The position numbers and the translations under genes are program-made. Shown here one piece after another: positions 8,143 through 18,361 of a stretch of DNA of 64,000 nucleotides. The stretch comes from Pseudomonadota bacterium (GTDB taxonomy: Bacteria > Bdellovibrionota > FAC87 > UBA2466): contig RFNO01000106.1 in assembly GCA_009927165.1 (NCBI GenBank), positions 3,409 through 67,408 on the forward strand, in the 5' to 3' direction. The notes beneath the pieces are model-generated. The model saw nothing but the letters and a program-made list of their open reading frames with translations. It was not told the origin of the DNA and made no database searches. Position 1 is the stretch's first letter. Each line of letters begins with the position of its first letter.

Positions 8143-9852
8143 CTAAACTGCTCTGACATCGATAATTTTAAACTGCTCCACATCAACTAAACCTTTGTCA
8201 GTTAATTTTAACTGAGGAATGACTGGCAAACATAAAAATGCCAATTGCAAAAAAGGTTCAGGTAAAGCACATCCAATGGCTTGACTCGCCTGCCTTAACA
8301 GAATCAAATCCTTCGCAACTTTGTTCGGGTCCTCTAAACTCATGAGACCTCCAAAGGGAAGAGGGAGATAAGCAATCACTTTTTGATTTTGAACTACAGC
8401 AAAGCCACCGCCACAATCGATAAGAGCAGCCAATGCTACTCGCATGTCCTCAGTTTTTTTTCCTACTACGCAGAGATTGTGACTATCGTGCCCCACACTT
8501 GAGGCAATAGCCCCCCTTAAATTTTCGCCGAAGCCCGAAACGTAGCCATTGGCCGGTTTTGATCCTTTCCCATATCTCTCTAGGACTGAAAGTTTGGCGA
8601 CAGTTGGGTCTTCAGAAGAGCGAACACTTCGGCCTGTAATGATTTTGCCTGCTTGAATATCAATGCAATGAATGGGTCCTATGGGTCCCTCTAAGTCTTG
8701 ATGCTCAGGAAGTTTTGCCTTGATAGAATTGCCAAACACGTGGCGTTCACTTTCAGAGGGAAAAGATAGTTCCGAGACGAGACAGCCAGATTTAATTACT
8801 TGTCCAATGGCACAGGTTCTTAAGTCGTTGAGCAGCACGACGTCTGCTGCATAACCGGGGGCCAAAGCTCCCACTCTTTTAGGTCCCTTATTCAACCCGT
8901 AGTGATTAGCTACACTCCAACTCGCACTTCGATAAGCTATTTCAGGCGCGATTCCTTGTTGAATGGCTGTTCTTATCAAATAATCAATGTGTCCTTCTTT
9001 GGAAATATCTAGCGGGTTCCGATCATCGGTACAAAATCCAATAAAGGGAGAGCTGTTCCAGTTAAGAAGGGGAATCAATTCGGTTAAATCCTTAGCTACA
9101 CTTCCTTCTCGAATCCAAAGGACAATGCCTTTAGAGAGTTTTTCCTTAGCTTCCTCTAATTCCGAAGATTCGTGGCAGCTTGAAATACCAACAGAAGCAT
9201 AGGCGGACAGTTCACGTCCCCTTAAAAGCGGGCAGTGACCATCCAGCGGTTTTCCTTCAAATGCTACAATCTTATCGAGTACGTCATTATTTTTAAAAAG
9301 TACTCCCGGTACATTCATCATTTCCGCTAAACCAAGAGCTTGGGGGTGATTTTTCAAAGTTAATAATTGAGAGGCACTGAGGCCCCCCCCCCCATTCGTT
9401 TCCATATTGGTCGCCGGAACACAGCTGCTCAACATAATTTGCAGTGTTTGATGCGTTTCCTCAGCTGCTTTTAGAAAATATTCAATGCCGCGTATCCCTT
9501 GAACGTTTGCAAGCTCATGGGGATCGCAAATAGCCGTGGTAGTTCCTTTGGGCAAAGTGACCGATTGAAAGCCCCTGGGAGTCAGTAAACTGCTTTCAAT
9601 GTGAACATGAGCATCTAAGAAGCCTGGAACCACCCATTTTCCTTGGGCATTGATCTCGCGTTTTCCTTTCAGCCCCTGGTCAACGGCCACAATAGTTCCA
9701 TCGTAAATACCCAGGTCACAGGCCAACCATTCACCGGTGAAGACATTCAGACACTTTGCATGCGTCAACACAAGATCGCAGGGAATTTTTCCCAAACTAG
9801 CGTCCAATCGTCGTTGCAGTGCTTCTTTTTGATTCATAGCGCTTACCCACAA
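8143..9852 (-). CDS. ade: Adenine deaminase
   Basis: PGFLDAHVHIESS, DPHELANV, LAEMMN, DGHCP, CTDD, SSVGHDSHN, PFLQLAFL. Confidence 0.93.
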   Translation of the reverse strand: MWVSAMNQKEALQRRLDASLGKIPCDLVLTHAKCLNVFTGEWLACDLGIYDGTIVAVDQGLKGKREINAQGKWVVPGFLDAHVHIESSLLTPRGFQSVTLPKGTTTAICDPHELANVQGIRGIEYFLKAAEETHQTLQIMLSSCVPATNMETNGGGGLSASQLLTLKNHPQALGLAEMMNVPGVLFKNNDVLDKIVAFEGKPLDGHCPLLRGRELSAYASVGISSCHESSELEEAKEKLSKGIVLWIREGSVAKDLTELIPLLNWNSSPFIGFCTDDRNPLDISKEGHIDYLIRTAIQQGIAPEIAYRSASWSVANHYGLNKGPKRVGALAPGYAADVVLLNDLRTCAIGQVIKSGCLVSELSFPSESERHVFGNSIKAKLPEHQDLEGPIGPIHCIDIQAGKIITGRSVRSSEDPTVAKLSVLERYGKGSKPANGYVSGFGENLRGAIASSVGHDSHNLCVVGKKTEDMRVALAALIDCGGGFAVVQNQKVIAYLPLPFGGLMSLEDPNKVAKDLILLRQASQAIGCALPEPFLQLAFLCLPVIPQLKLTDKGLVDVEQFKIIDVRAV

Positions 9853-10047
9853 AAGGAGAATTCGCTAAGTCTTCCAGGGGTGGGGGGGACAATCAACGAA
9901 GATTTAATTGCGCACAGCAAAAAGAAAACGAAAGTTAACACCAAGTAGATGAAGGGGAGATTTAAAAATGGAATTTGAATATAATAAGTGAACGATCCTT
10001 ACCGCTGTTTTTACTAAGAACTCCAAAAATCTGATGAAGAGGAAATC

Positions 10048-11538
10048 ATGACCAAAAGACTCTTGGTTTTATGTATGACTGCAACGACCGCACTCAGCTT
10101 TGGCGGAAATCTCTCACTAAAGGATTTGAAAGCTAAAATGGCTGAAAGAGAAGCATCTTGGATCCCAGCTGAAAGCCGGATTACTCAGCTTTCAGAAAAA
10201 GAAAAAAAGAATCTTTTTGGTCTGCAATTAGATGAAGGTTTTGGCGATTTCTTCAAGCCTGCAAAGCCCGTAGCAAAAGACCGTGCTGTTCCAGCCAAAT
10301 TTGATTGGAGAAATAAAGATGGGAAGAATTATGATTCTCCTATCTTGAATCAAGCAAACTGTGGAAGCTGTGTTGCTTTTTCAGCAGTTGCCGCTCTTGA
10401 AACTCAAGTAAATATTACTCAAAATACTCCACAATCTCCTTGGGCTTTTTCTCCCCAGCATCTTTTCGCTTGCGGGGGCGGTGGGTGTGAAACCGGTTGG
10501 CATCCGATGATGGCAGTTCAGTTTATGCAAAAAACCGGTGTCCCAGATGAATCTTGTTTCCCCTATACCAGCGGTGGAGACGGAAAAGACCTTGCTTGTA
10601 GTCAAACCTGTTCCGATGCTACCAAGCGTTCCATGAAAATTACTGGCTACACTCAACCCTCTTTCTTTTTTGCAAATCCAGAAGCTGTTAAAGCAGCTCT
10701 CTTAAAAGGCCCTCTCATGACGACTATGGTCGTTTATGAGGATTTCCTCTTCTATAAAAGCGGGGTTTACAAACATGTTTCCGGTGAGCAGTTGGGGGGA
10801 CATGCCATTACTCTCATCGGCTATGACGACAGCGCCAAAGCATGGATTGTTCGAAATAGTTGGGGAGAAGATTGGGGGGAAAAAGGCTATTTTCGAATTG
10901 CTTACGACGATGCCTCGGGAGTTGGAAATCAAACTTGGGGTCTCGAAGTGCCTTCGGCTAAAGGTTATGTCACTTTAGGAGGTCTCAGAGAGCGAGCAGT
11001 CCTATCCGGAACTGTCACTTTGAATCTAGAGTCTACAGTCAGTGATACCACCAGTGTGGAATATGCTGTAAAGAAAAACGACCGAGTCATCCACTGGGGT
11101 GGCGGCCGAAATGGAAGTCGTGTGAAAGTAGATACGACTCAATTCCCCGATGGTGCCTACACTATCGTGGCTCAAGCGAACACGAAGGGCGGACTTGTTC
11201 TTTCTCAGCCCCGGACAATCTACGTTCTCAATGGGAGCCATCAAGGGACTGTCGAGTTAACGAATCTATCGGAAGGAGAGGTTCTATCCGATAAAAAGGA
11301 ACTCCAAATTCGGACTTCTGGTACCCCAGTTCCTTTCACTTCGATTAAATTCAAAGCTGTAAATTTGGTCACCGGAGAAGAAAACGTGCGATCTACTTAC
11401 ACAGTACTACCCGAAATGGTAATGCTGTGGAGATCTCAATATCTCCCCAATGGTGATTATCAAGTGGTGCTTGAAGCCAAAGTGGGTGACAAAGCGGCGG
11501 TTCAAACCAAGCCCATCAAAGTTAAAATCAACCATTAG
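10048..11538 (+). CDS. Secreted papain-family (C1A) cysteine protease with C-terminal Ig-like domains
   Basis: Signal peptide; FDWR; QANCGSCVAF (catalytic Cys), GGHAI (His), RNSWGEDWGEKGYF (Asn); two beta-rich C-terminal repeats (PDGAY / PNGDY). Confidence 0.92.
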   Translation: MTKRLLVLCMTATTALSFGGNLSLKDLKAKMAEREASWIPAESRITQLSEKEKKNLFGLQLDEGFGDFFKPAKPVAKDRAVPAKFDWRNKDGKNYDSPILNQANCGSCVAFSAVAALETQVNITQNTPQSPWAFSPQHLFACGGGGCETGWHPMMAVQFMQKTGVPDESCFPYTSGGDGKDLACSQTCSDATKRSMKITGYTQPSFFFANPEAVKAALLKGPLMTTMVVYEDFLFYKSGVYKHVSGEQLGGHAITLIGYDDSAKAWIVRNSWGEDWGEKGYFRIAYDDASGVGNQTWGLEVPSAKGYVTLGGLRERAVLSGTVTLNLESTVSDTTSVEYAVKKNDRVIHWGGGRNGSRVKVDTTQFPDGAYTIVAQANTKGGLVLSQPRTIYVLNGSHQGTVELTNLSEGEVLSDKKELQIRTSGTPVPFTSIKFKAVNLVTGEENVRSTYTVLPEMVMLWRSQYLPNGDYQVVLEAKVGDKAAVQTKPIKVKINH

Positions 11539-11559
11539 TGCTTAAAGCCATCTACCCCA

Positions 11560-11592
11560 GCGGCCCAGAGGAATTCCTCTGGGCCGTTTTTA
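11560..11592 (+). terminator. Rho-independent terminator between convergent genes
   Basis: GCGGCCCAGAGG-aatt-CCTCTGGGCCGT followed by a T run. Confidence 0.85.
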
Positions 11593-12351
11593 TTTGTCGT
11601 AAATAATTTGATTTTCTAACTGATGAAGCTTTTGCTCCATGAGCATGCGGACCTGTTGAATAAGCTTATCTACATCAGCTTCAGTGAGCCCCAGCGTGGA
11701 GACTGGAGCAAGAGTTTCAATAGGAATCGTAGCTTTACGAAGAGTTTTATTTTTCCAATTACCCACATTTCCGAGTGGTGCAATCACGATCGGAACAATA
11801 GGAACTTGGGCTTGAATAGCCAAATGAAAGGCCCCTTTTTTAAAGGGTAGAAGTCCTTTTCCTAATTTATTTCGAGTCCCCTCGGGAGTCATGCCGATTG
11901 CAAAATCTGAACGAAGAAGCTTTATTTGCTTATCCAACGTCTTTTTGGCTTCTTGAGGATGAGATCGGTTAATCAGTGTGGCTCCGCATCCTACAAACCA
12001 CCAACCAATAATAGGAACATTAGCAATTTCTTTTCGGCCAATGGGAACGACTTTTCTGGGCCAGATATTTCCCAGAAGTAAGGTATCGAGAGCACTTTGA
12101 TGGTTAACGACAAGCACAGCTGGTCGGGTATCGAGATAATCTTTCCCCTTGAGGCTGGTTTTGTAACCCAATATTTTAAGTCCTCCCCAAGCTAGGAAGT
12201 TAACAGAAGGAGAAAACAGATTTGGATCTCTCCAGCTGAATAACGAGCGTAAAAGCCAAAGAGTACATGAAAAGAAAGCCCACAGAGTAACTAGGAAAAT
12301 TCTCAGATAAAACATGGGAAAGAGTGTAAGCGCGAAGGGTGGATTCGGCAA
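11590..12351 (-). CDS. plsC: 1-acyl-sn-glycerol-3-phosphate acyltransferase
   Basis: NHQSALD (HX4D), PEGTR, LPFKKGAFHLA. The true start may be slightly downstream. Confidence 0.9.
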   Translation of the reverse strand: MPNPPFALTLFPMFYLRIFLVTLWAFFSCTLWLLRSLFSWRDPNLFSPSVNFLAWGGLKILGYKTSLKGKDYLDTRPAVLVVNHQSALDTLLLGNIWPRKVVPIGRKEIANVPIIGWWFVGCGATLINRSHPQEAKKTLDKQIKLLRSDFAIGMTPEGTRNKLGKGLLPFKKGAFHLAIQAQVPIVPIVIAPLGNVGNWKNKTLRKATIPIETLAPVSTLGLTEADVDKLIQQVRMLMEQKLHQLENQIIYDK

Positions 12352-12359
12352 AACGTTCT

Positions 12360-12926
12360 TTAGTCGTTCACAAATTTGGAGTTGCTTTGAGACTTGAATT
12401 CCAATCTCAATCCAAACGAAGCGCCACTGAAATCGGGGGCATCAGCCATGTGAAGATAATGAGTCGAAAAAAGGGCCTTCCAACCTTGTCCGAGTTTAAA
12501 TCCGATCGCAAGTCCCGGTTGCACCACATAGTAAGAATTTTGTTTTAAATCAATTCCTTTGATTTCGCCTTGTCCATAACCTACCAAAATATCCCACTCG
12601 AGAGTTGCTCTCTTGGCGACGCTCATTTCCCAGCCAAACTGAAGACCACCAAAAGTGAGGTATTCATAGGTGAGCGCTCTTCCATTGGGCGTTCCAAAAA
12701 AAGCGGCTAGTCCCCAATAAGCCTGAGAGTCTCCCAAATATCTGGCCCATCTTAGTCCAGTTAACCACCCTACATTTTGGGACAGATTTGGTTTGAAGGC
12801 TTCGATATCAACTCCCAACTTGCTTCGTTGGTACCCCTCAGCCATCAGAAAAGGAGAGCAGGTAAGAGCCCAAAAAAGGATAATAGCCCTTAAGCATCGA
12901 ATAAAATGAGTTAATCGATATTCCAC
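12360..12926 (-). CDS. Hypothetical small outer-membrane beta-barrel protein
   Basis: Signal peptide, alternating aromatic/Gly beta strands, FGLRLEF near the C-terminus. Confidence 0.55.
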   Translation of the reverse strand: MEYRLTHFIRCLRAIILFWALTCSPFLMAEGYQRSKLGVDIEAFKPNLSQNVGWLTGLRWARYLGDSQAYWGLAAFFGTPNGRALTYEYLTFGGLQFGWEMSVAKRATLEWDILVGYGQGEIKGIDLKQNSYYVVQPGLAIGFKLGQGWKALFSTHYLHMADAPDFSGASFGLRLEFKSQSNSKFVND

Positions 12927-13120
12927 AACTGGTTATCGGTTCATTGTTGGCAAAAAATGAAAAACAAAGGGAAGTGAAATATCTAAGGAGATAAGCATTT
13001 GAAATTAAATGATAAAATAGGATGTTTTTTGGGGTGGGAAAATTTTTTAATTTCACATTTCCTTCACAATTTTACTTTATGGTTATTGGATACCATCTCA
13101 GAGCACTACTTGAGGAACGT

Positions 13121-13630
13121 ATGCGAAAGCTAGTTTGGACTGCTGTATTTATAGTCTCGGTCTTGTTTCCCTTGCGACTCTACTCCAATCAAGATTGGTA
13201 CTCTTACTATGTCCAATGTGTGGCAGTTTCGAGTGACGAAGCAAGTTGCTATCAGCCCATTCGTGAATTTCTTCAAACGGAAGAGGGAAAAAGACAAGCG
13301 GAGGCTTTGGGCTTTAAGAGAAAACTTTCCATCAATAGTCGTGAAGTATCTTCGCAATTCGTCATTGTGCTTTCTCGAGTTGCTCAAATGGATCAGTATT
13401 TATCCAAGGCTCTGGATAGGGCCAAAGAACAAGGTAAAACTATTCAGGGATACTGTCTGGCTGAAAAGAAGGATTCGGTGGTCAAAATCAAGACTACCCT
13501 TGAACAAAGAAAATCTGAAAAGTCTTCTGTTTCTGAAAGCCGAGAGGATGACTATCAAGTGCTTCTCTCTCTCAACGCCCGAGCAAACGAAATTTATCAA
13601 CAAGCCCAGAAATGCTTGTTAACCGAGTAG
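13121..13630 (+). CDS. Hypothetical secreted helical protein
   Basis: ATG at 13121 after GAGG; signal peptide MRKLVWTAVFIVSVLF; four Cys. Confidence 0.6.
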   Translation: MRKLVWTAVFIVSVLFPLRLYSNQDWYSYYVQCVAVSSDEASCYQPIREFLQTEEGKRQAEALGFKRKLSINSREVSSQFVIVLSRVAQMDQYLSKALDRAKEQGKTIQGYCLAEKKDSVVKIKTTLEQRKSEKSSVSESREDDYQVLLSLNARANEIYQQAQKCLLTE

Positions 13631-13682
13631 CCCATCTTTTTAACATCCTTCATGTTTTTAGGGAAAAAGACGATAAGGATAA

Positions 13683-14726
13683 GTGCCTCCTCAATTTACT
13701 GAAAACTGGGTTCCCTTGGAACGCATTGAGCAGTCTTTGCAATTTGAGCCAGCGCTCTTTGTGCTACTCACCGCTATTTCTTCGTTCTTTGTTTACCGTC
13801 TCGTGTTGAGTGATTTATCCACCGAACGGCACAGAAACCTCCGTGCTCTTTTCAAGAATCTTCTAGCTCACTGCTTGATTGCAGGGGTACTTCTGTGCAG
13901 TTTTTGGATTGTTCGCGCAGGGACTTTACCGTTGGCTCAACTGCTCCCAACGCTCGGTCTTGCCACAGTCTTTTGGGGAGCGATAGTTCTCGTAAAAAGT
14001 TTCAGAATATTTGCTTTTGAATACCTGTTTTTCATGAATATGCAGACCGGTGTCCCTTTACTCTTGGTCAACATGCTCACACTTTTGGTTTCAATCATCT
14101 TAGGTTCGTGGATTGCTACCAGTGTTTTCGGATTTCGCTTGGCTCCGGTTTTGGCAACTTCAGCTCTTTTCTCGATCGTTTTAGGGTTAGCCCTTCAGGA
14201 AACTCTTGGGAATTTATTTTCCGGAATCGCTCTCCAAGTAGACAAACCCTATGCCCTAGGAGATTGGATAGAAGTTCAGACGTCCAATCAAAAGCTTGTT
14301 GGACAGGTTTTTGAAATAACGTGGCGAGCAACCATTTTAGTGAGTTTTTCAGAAGAGTGGGTCACCATTCCCAATCGAGTGGTTGCCCAATCTCAAGTGC
14401 TTAACTACTCAAAAACCAAAAAGCCCATTTTAAAAAATCAAGTTTTCCGTTTTTCGTATGACGTTAATATTCAAGAAGTTAAAAATATGCTTGTTGGTGC
14501 CGTCAGAGATTTGAAGGGTTTAAGCCGATACTCGGAACCTATCGTTCTAGTATCAGAAGTTAATGAATCCTGGGTCAGTTTAAAGCTTGTCTACGCATTG
14601 AAAGATTTTGGAGATCAGTTTCGAATTGCCGACGAAGTACTGATGACTTGTTTGGAAGTTCTCAGAAAAGAGCAGGTGCCATTAGCCGGGCCTCGGATTT
14701 TTGTTAGCCGCGATAAAACAGCTTAA
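13683..14726 (+). CDS. mscS: MscS-family mechanosensitive channel
   Basis: GLALQETLGNLFSGI, KPYALGDWIEV, GQVFEITWRAT, IPN; several TM helices. Confidence 0.9.
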   Translation: MPPQFTENWVPLERIEQSLQFEPALFVLLTAISSFFVYRLVLSDLSTERHRNLRALFKNLLAHCLIAGVLLCSFWIVRAGTLPLAQLLPTLGLATVFWGAIVLVKSFRIFAFEYLFFMNMQTGVPLLLVNMLTLLVSIILGSWIATSVFGFRLAPVLATSALFSIVLGLALQETLGNLFSGIALQVDKPYALGDWIEVQTSNQKLVGQVFEITWRATILVSFSEEWVTIPNRVVAQSQVLNYSKTKKPILKNQVFRFSYDVNIQEVKNMLVGAVRDLKGLSRYSEPIVLVSEVNESWVSLKLVYALKDFGDQFRIADEVLMTCLEVLRKEQVPLAGPRIFVSRDKTA

Positions 14727-15648
14727 GGCAAAAGACAGAACCCCCCGACTTCATGAACTCGCTCGTATCGACTGCCCAAGGTCGAAACCCTAAGCGTACT
14801 AATTGCTTTTCAAATGTTTCTGAACCTTTCTGAAGAATGACATTCTGACCATCAGGACAGAAACAGTTTCCACAAAAGAATTCGATGTTTTCTTGATAGG
14901 GAATCTCAATAATCTGGTTAAAAACATTCTGAAGTGTGAGTAGGCCCTCTTTAGTGAATGCTTCTGGCTGAACGGCCGCAACTTCTTTCGATAAAATCGA
15001 GAAACATGTATCTAAGTGATAAAAATCCTTTGAGCGTAGCTCTAGCCTTACTATCGGTAAGTGGAATCGATCAGAAAGTTCCTGATAGACTTCTTTGTCA
15101 GTTCGAGGGCCATAGCCCCCAAAGACTACCCCATGAGCTGGTGAAAAGATTGCGTCTCCATTGCCTTCGAAAGCCCCCGAATAGTTTAACTCATGGACGG
15201 TGATTCCCCTCTCTTCAAACCAGCGCTTGAAAAAAGAGACTTCGGGAGAACGTTCTTTTGAGCGCATATGAGAGAGCAGGATTTCATAGCGGTGACTATT
15301 TGCATTCCAAAAAGGAAATGTTTGATTAGCGGTAAAAACGATATCTGGAAGGTTCTCCACTCCAGGAATCGCCTCTACTTTGAGACCCAATTCGATAAAA
15401 GTTCGGCGAAGCCCTTCCCATTGTTCACGGGCCTTGGTGGAATCTACTTGTTTCAAGTTGCCGGATTCGTCCGTCATGTAGGGGTTGATGGCATACGCCA
15501 CTTTAAAAAAGTCAGGGCTAGCCATGAGAATAGAATCAAAAGACGGAAGACTGGGAACTGAACGTCTATCGCGCAGAAAACTAAGGGCGCTAAGAGAATT
15601 TTCGATAATCATGAAACTGCAGATATCACAATTCGAAGGATGTTCCAA
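14704..15648 (-). CDS. Amidinotransferase/pentein-family hydrolase (arginine dihydrolase / DDAH-like)
   Basis: YAINPYM, LPDIVFTAN, FEGNGD, FYHLDTCF, EFMKSGGSVFC (catalytic Cys). Confidence 0.85.
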   Translation of the reverse strand: MEHPSNCDICSFMIIENSLSALSFLRDRRSVPSLPSFDSILMASPDFFKVAYAINPYMTDESGNLKQVDSTKAREQWEGLRRTFIELGLKVEAIPGVENLPDIVFTANQTFPFWNANSHRYEILLSHMRSKERSPEVSFFKRWFEERGITVHELNYSGAFEGNGDAIFSPAHGVVFGGYGPRTDKEVYQELSDRFHLPIVRLELRSKDFYHLDTCFSILSKEVAAVQPEAFTKEGLLTLQNVFNQIIEIPYQENIEFFCGNCFCPDGQNVILQKGSETFEKQLVRLGFRPWAVDTSEFMKSGGSVFCLKLFYRG

Positions 15649-16213
15649 TGACAGGAGAAAACATTAATGCGCCATTGAGTGCTCCGACACGAGGGGAAAT
15701 CATCACTAGGGTTCCTTCACCGACCATCAGATTGAAAGTGGGCTTCAGTAGAAGATTAAAATACACATCACTGTAGTCCTTACCCACAATGACCCCAGTC
15801 GTTTTGGATGTGTCATAGCTGACTAATCCAATTCCGGGAGAAAGTCCGAGCATTACGTAGGAGTTTTGACCCAAATCAAATCGAGCTGCAATACTCGCTA
15901 GAATCGGTAAGTAAGTTCCGAACTGGGGAGCTGTGTAGAAATAGCCTCCGGTTTCCCCGCCAACATAAAGGCCACTTTTTCCTAAGGGAACGTTGATGCC
16001 TACGTGAACTCCGGGTTGGGCACCCGTGATAGCAGTGGCAATTCCAGTTCCCACTTCTATTAGCGTGGGAACCTTTGTTGGGGTGGGCGAATTAACTGAT
16101 TCGTTAAGAACAGCGGTAGATTTCTCAGGGGTCGTGGACGCGGCGGGTGCTCCGATTAATGAACTGCTGGCTGTTGCCCATAATAAAATCCCCACTCCAA
16201 GAAACTGTCGCAT
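15626..16213 (-). CDS. Hypothetical exported protein, probable small beta-barrel
   Basis: Start MRQFLG; signal peptide; Gly/aromatic beta-strand pattern; C-terminal GTSFEL. Confidence 0.55.
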   Translation of the reverse strand: MRQFLGVGILLWATASSSLIGAPAASTTPEKSTAVLNESVNSPTPTKVPTLIEVGTGIATAITGAQPGVHVGINVPLGKSGLYVGGETGGYFYTAPQFGTYLPILASIAARFDLGQNSYVMLGLSPGIGLVSYDTSKTTGVIVGKDYSDVYFNLLLKPTFNLMVGEGTLVMISPRVGALNGALMFSPVIGTSFEL

Positions 16214-16271
16214 GAAAAACCTCCGGTTGCGGAACAGATTAATCAACCGGTTAACGCATTGCAACATAAAA

Positions 16272-17225
16272 TTAGGGGAGCCAAGCACTGAATTCATTTT
16301 CTCTCAATAAATCAATTACTTGAGATGAATTTCGCTGCAGGAGCTTTTGTTGGGAAATTCCATTTTCAGAGCAAGTAAGGGCTAAGGAATAGCCTTTGTA
16401 GTTTCGCATTCTTCCCAAGACTCGTTTCTGGGGATGAGAAAGTTTTGTGTCCAAAAGTGCAGTTTTCGAAAGAACTAAAAAACTGGTCGGTAAACTTCTC
16501 AAATCAATCCCCAACTTTTGAGAAAATTGTTTCCAGAAACCATCTCGAAACACTTGATTAGGGGGAGAAGCAAAAAAGTGACACCAGTTATTCTTTTGAG
16601 AGTGATCTAAAAGACCACAAGAGAGTTGATGTGGGCAAGGGGCCACGACAGTGAAATGAGATCGTAGGGATTCTCGCAACTCAATCAGCTTTCTACTGTG
16701 TTCGGGGGTTCCGGGTTCTACCCAAAAAACCCATTGGGAAAGGTCTATAATTCTTTTTAATTCTTTTTCCGCTTCTGAAGACAATTCATTCAAAATATGG
16801 CTGCAAACTAAAACAAAGTCTTTCGGCACTTCTTGGCAGTCCCAGGCTCTCACTTTTAACAAGGGAAACTGATTTTGGATCACTTTCATGCTAAATCGAA
16901 TGGAAGCGGGAGAACGGTCCCACAGAACTATTTCTTCTAGGCCCCGACGGTAAAATTTTTCTGCCAATTTTAAAGCGGCAATTCCAGTCCCGCACCCCCA
17001 ATCCAACAGGGCTTTAGGTACGATTGAAGATTGACTGAGCTTTGTTTCAAAATCTCGGAGAACTGCATCCCATTTCCATCCGATTCTTTCAGCAAACGTT
17101 GAGTGATATTGCTCAAGAACTTCCTCAGTGCTCCAATAAGAAGTAGTTGGTGAAAACTCTTCAGAAAGAAATCGATTTCGCAAAGACTCTAAAAGAGTCC
17201 AATTGGGTTTAAATTGTGTCTCCAT
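16272..17225 (-). CDS. Rsm22/METTL17-family SAM-dependent methyltransferase
   Basis: LDWGCGTG SAM motif, LNEL, VEPGTP, APCPHQLSC, WCHF, LTC. Confidence 0.8.
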   Translation of the reverse strand: METQFKPNWTLLESLRNRFLSEEFSPTTSYWSTEEVLEQYHSTFAERIGWKWDAVLRDFETKLSQSSIVPKALLDWGCGTGIAALKLAEKFYRRGLEEIVLWDRSPASIRFSMKVIQNQFPLLKVRAWDCQEVPKDFVLVCSHILNELSSEAEKELKRIIDLSQWVFWVEPGTPEHSRKLIELRESLRSHFTVVAPCPHQLSCGLLDHSQKNNWCHFFASPPNQVFRDGFWKQFSQKLGIDLRSLPTSFLVLSKTALLDTKLSHPQKRVLGRMRNYKGYSLALTCSENGISQQKLLQRNSSQVIDLLRENEFSAWLP

Positions 17226-17257
17226 GCGCTAGAGGTACCACAAGGAGAATTATTTGT

Positions 17258-18361
17258 TTAGGGTTCGATACGGGCTTCTCGGAGTCGAAGGGGCAGGGGC
17301 CCCTTAGCTTTCCAGTTTTTGGGATCACGGCACTCGTATCGATTGTAGTCCCAGAAACTTGTCGAAGAATGAACTTTCATGCAAGTAAGCCCTTTGTCGC
17401 AAGGATGTTCAAACATTTTTCTAGAGCCTTTACCCGGGCAAGCCCCTCCTAGCGACGAACGCGCTCTGCATTCCGAAATATAACTCCCATGAGGATCACG
17501 GGCGAGTACGCATCTGCCAGAAGTCCAATCCGTGTTTTCTGCCCAACATTGACTGTCTTTAGAACAAAGGGGTGTATCTACTGAAAAGTGAAAGCTGGCC
17601 AACCGTGCTTCCACGTCCTGTTTTAGAGTTTGGGCAATTCTATTTAGACAATTTCGTCTGCATTTTTCATCAATTTCTTTCTTGGTAGTGAAGGCGTCCA
17701 CTTCACCCAGCGGGCAAAAATCCTCTTGCTCCACAAAGTTGGAAAGAGTTTTTTCCTGACTGATTTCACTGTAGACTGAGCCCCCCACGGAACCGACGTC
17801 AAAACCCACACGAAGTGTCAGGCCCGCCTGACTGAGATCGTCGAGAGATGCTCGATAAGCCATTTGACAAATAAGGTTACCTTTCACCAAAACCGCTCTT
17901 CCTTTGGAATCAAAAAGATTTTGATCGGGAGCGATATCTGTCGCCACGAAAAACCAGCGTGCTCGAGATTCTCTTCGAGTTGATAATTTTAAACTACCCA
18001 CCACCCCAACTCCTGCGGACACATTGAGGTTAATTGGAGCAATAGTGGTTGTTGTAAACTGAGAAATACCTTCTTGATGACTGCGAACACGAGGGTCCAC
18101 TTTGAGAGGCTCTTTGGGTTCTTTAACCGGTGCAGCTGCTGGTCTCAGGCCAGATAAAGCTTGAGGAAGAAGGTGTTGAAAACTTGAATGAGGCGAGAAA
18201 TTGCTTGAGTCTTGTGCGACCACTATGCTTGAAAAAGTGAGTAACAACCCAAAACTCAAAGCGAAATTGGTTTTTAATAAACGTCCGCTCAAACGTACCA
18301 CCTCTTGTTGACTTCTTGCTGAGCAAAAAGCCTTCGCTACTCCCATTGCAAAAGAGAACAC
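17258..18361 (-). CDS. Hypothetical secreted Cys-rich protein
   Basis: Signal-like FALSFGLLLTFSSIVVA (true start probably near 18300); amphipathic beta segments; 8-Cys C-terminal domain. Confidence 0.65.
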   Translation of the reverse strand: MFSFAMGVAKAFCSARSQQEVVRLSGRLLKTNFALSFGLLLTFSSIVVAQDSSNFSPHSSFQHLLPQALSGLRPAAAPVKEPKEPLKVDPRVRSHQEGISQFTTTTIAPINLNVSAGVGVVGSLKLSTRRESRARWFFVATDIAPDQNLFDSKGRAVLVKGNLICQMAYRASLDDLSQAGLTLRVGFDVGSVGGSVYSEISQEKTLSNFVEQEDFCPLGEVDAFTTKKEIDEKCRRNCLNRIAQTLKQDVEARLASFHFSVDTPLCSKDSQCWAENTDWTSGRCVLARDPHGSYISECRARSSLGGACPGKGSRKMFEHPCDKGLTCMKVHSSTSFWDYNRYECRDPKNWKAKGPLPLRLREARIEP

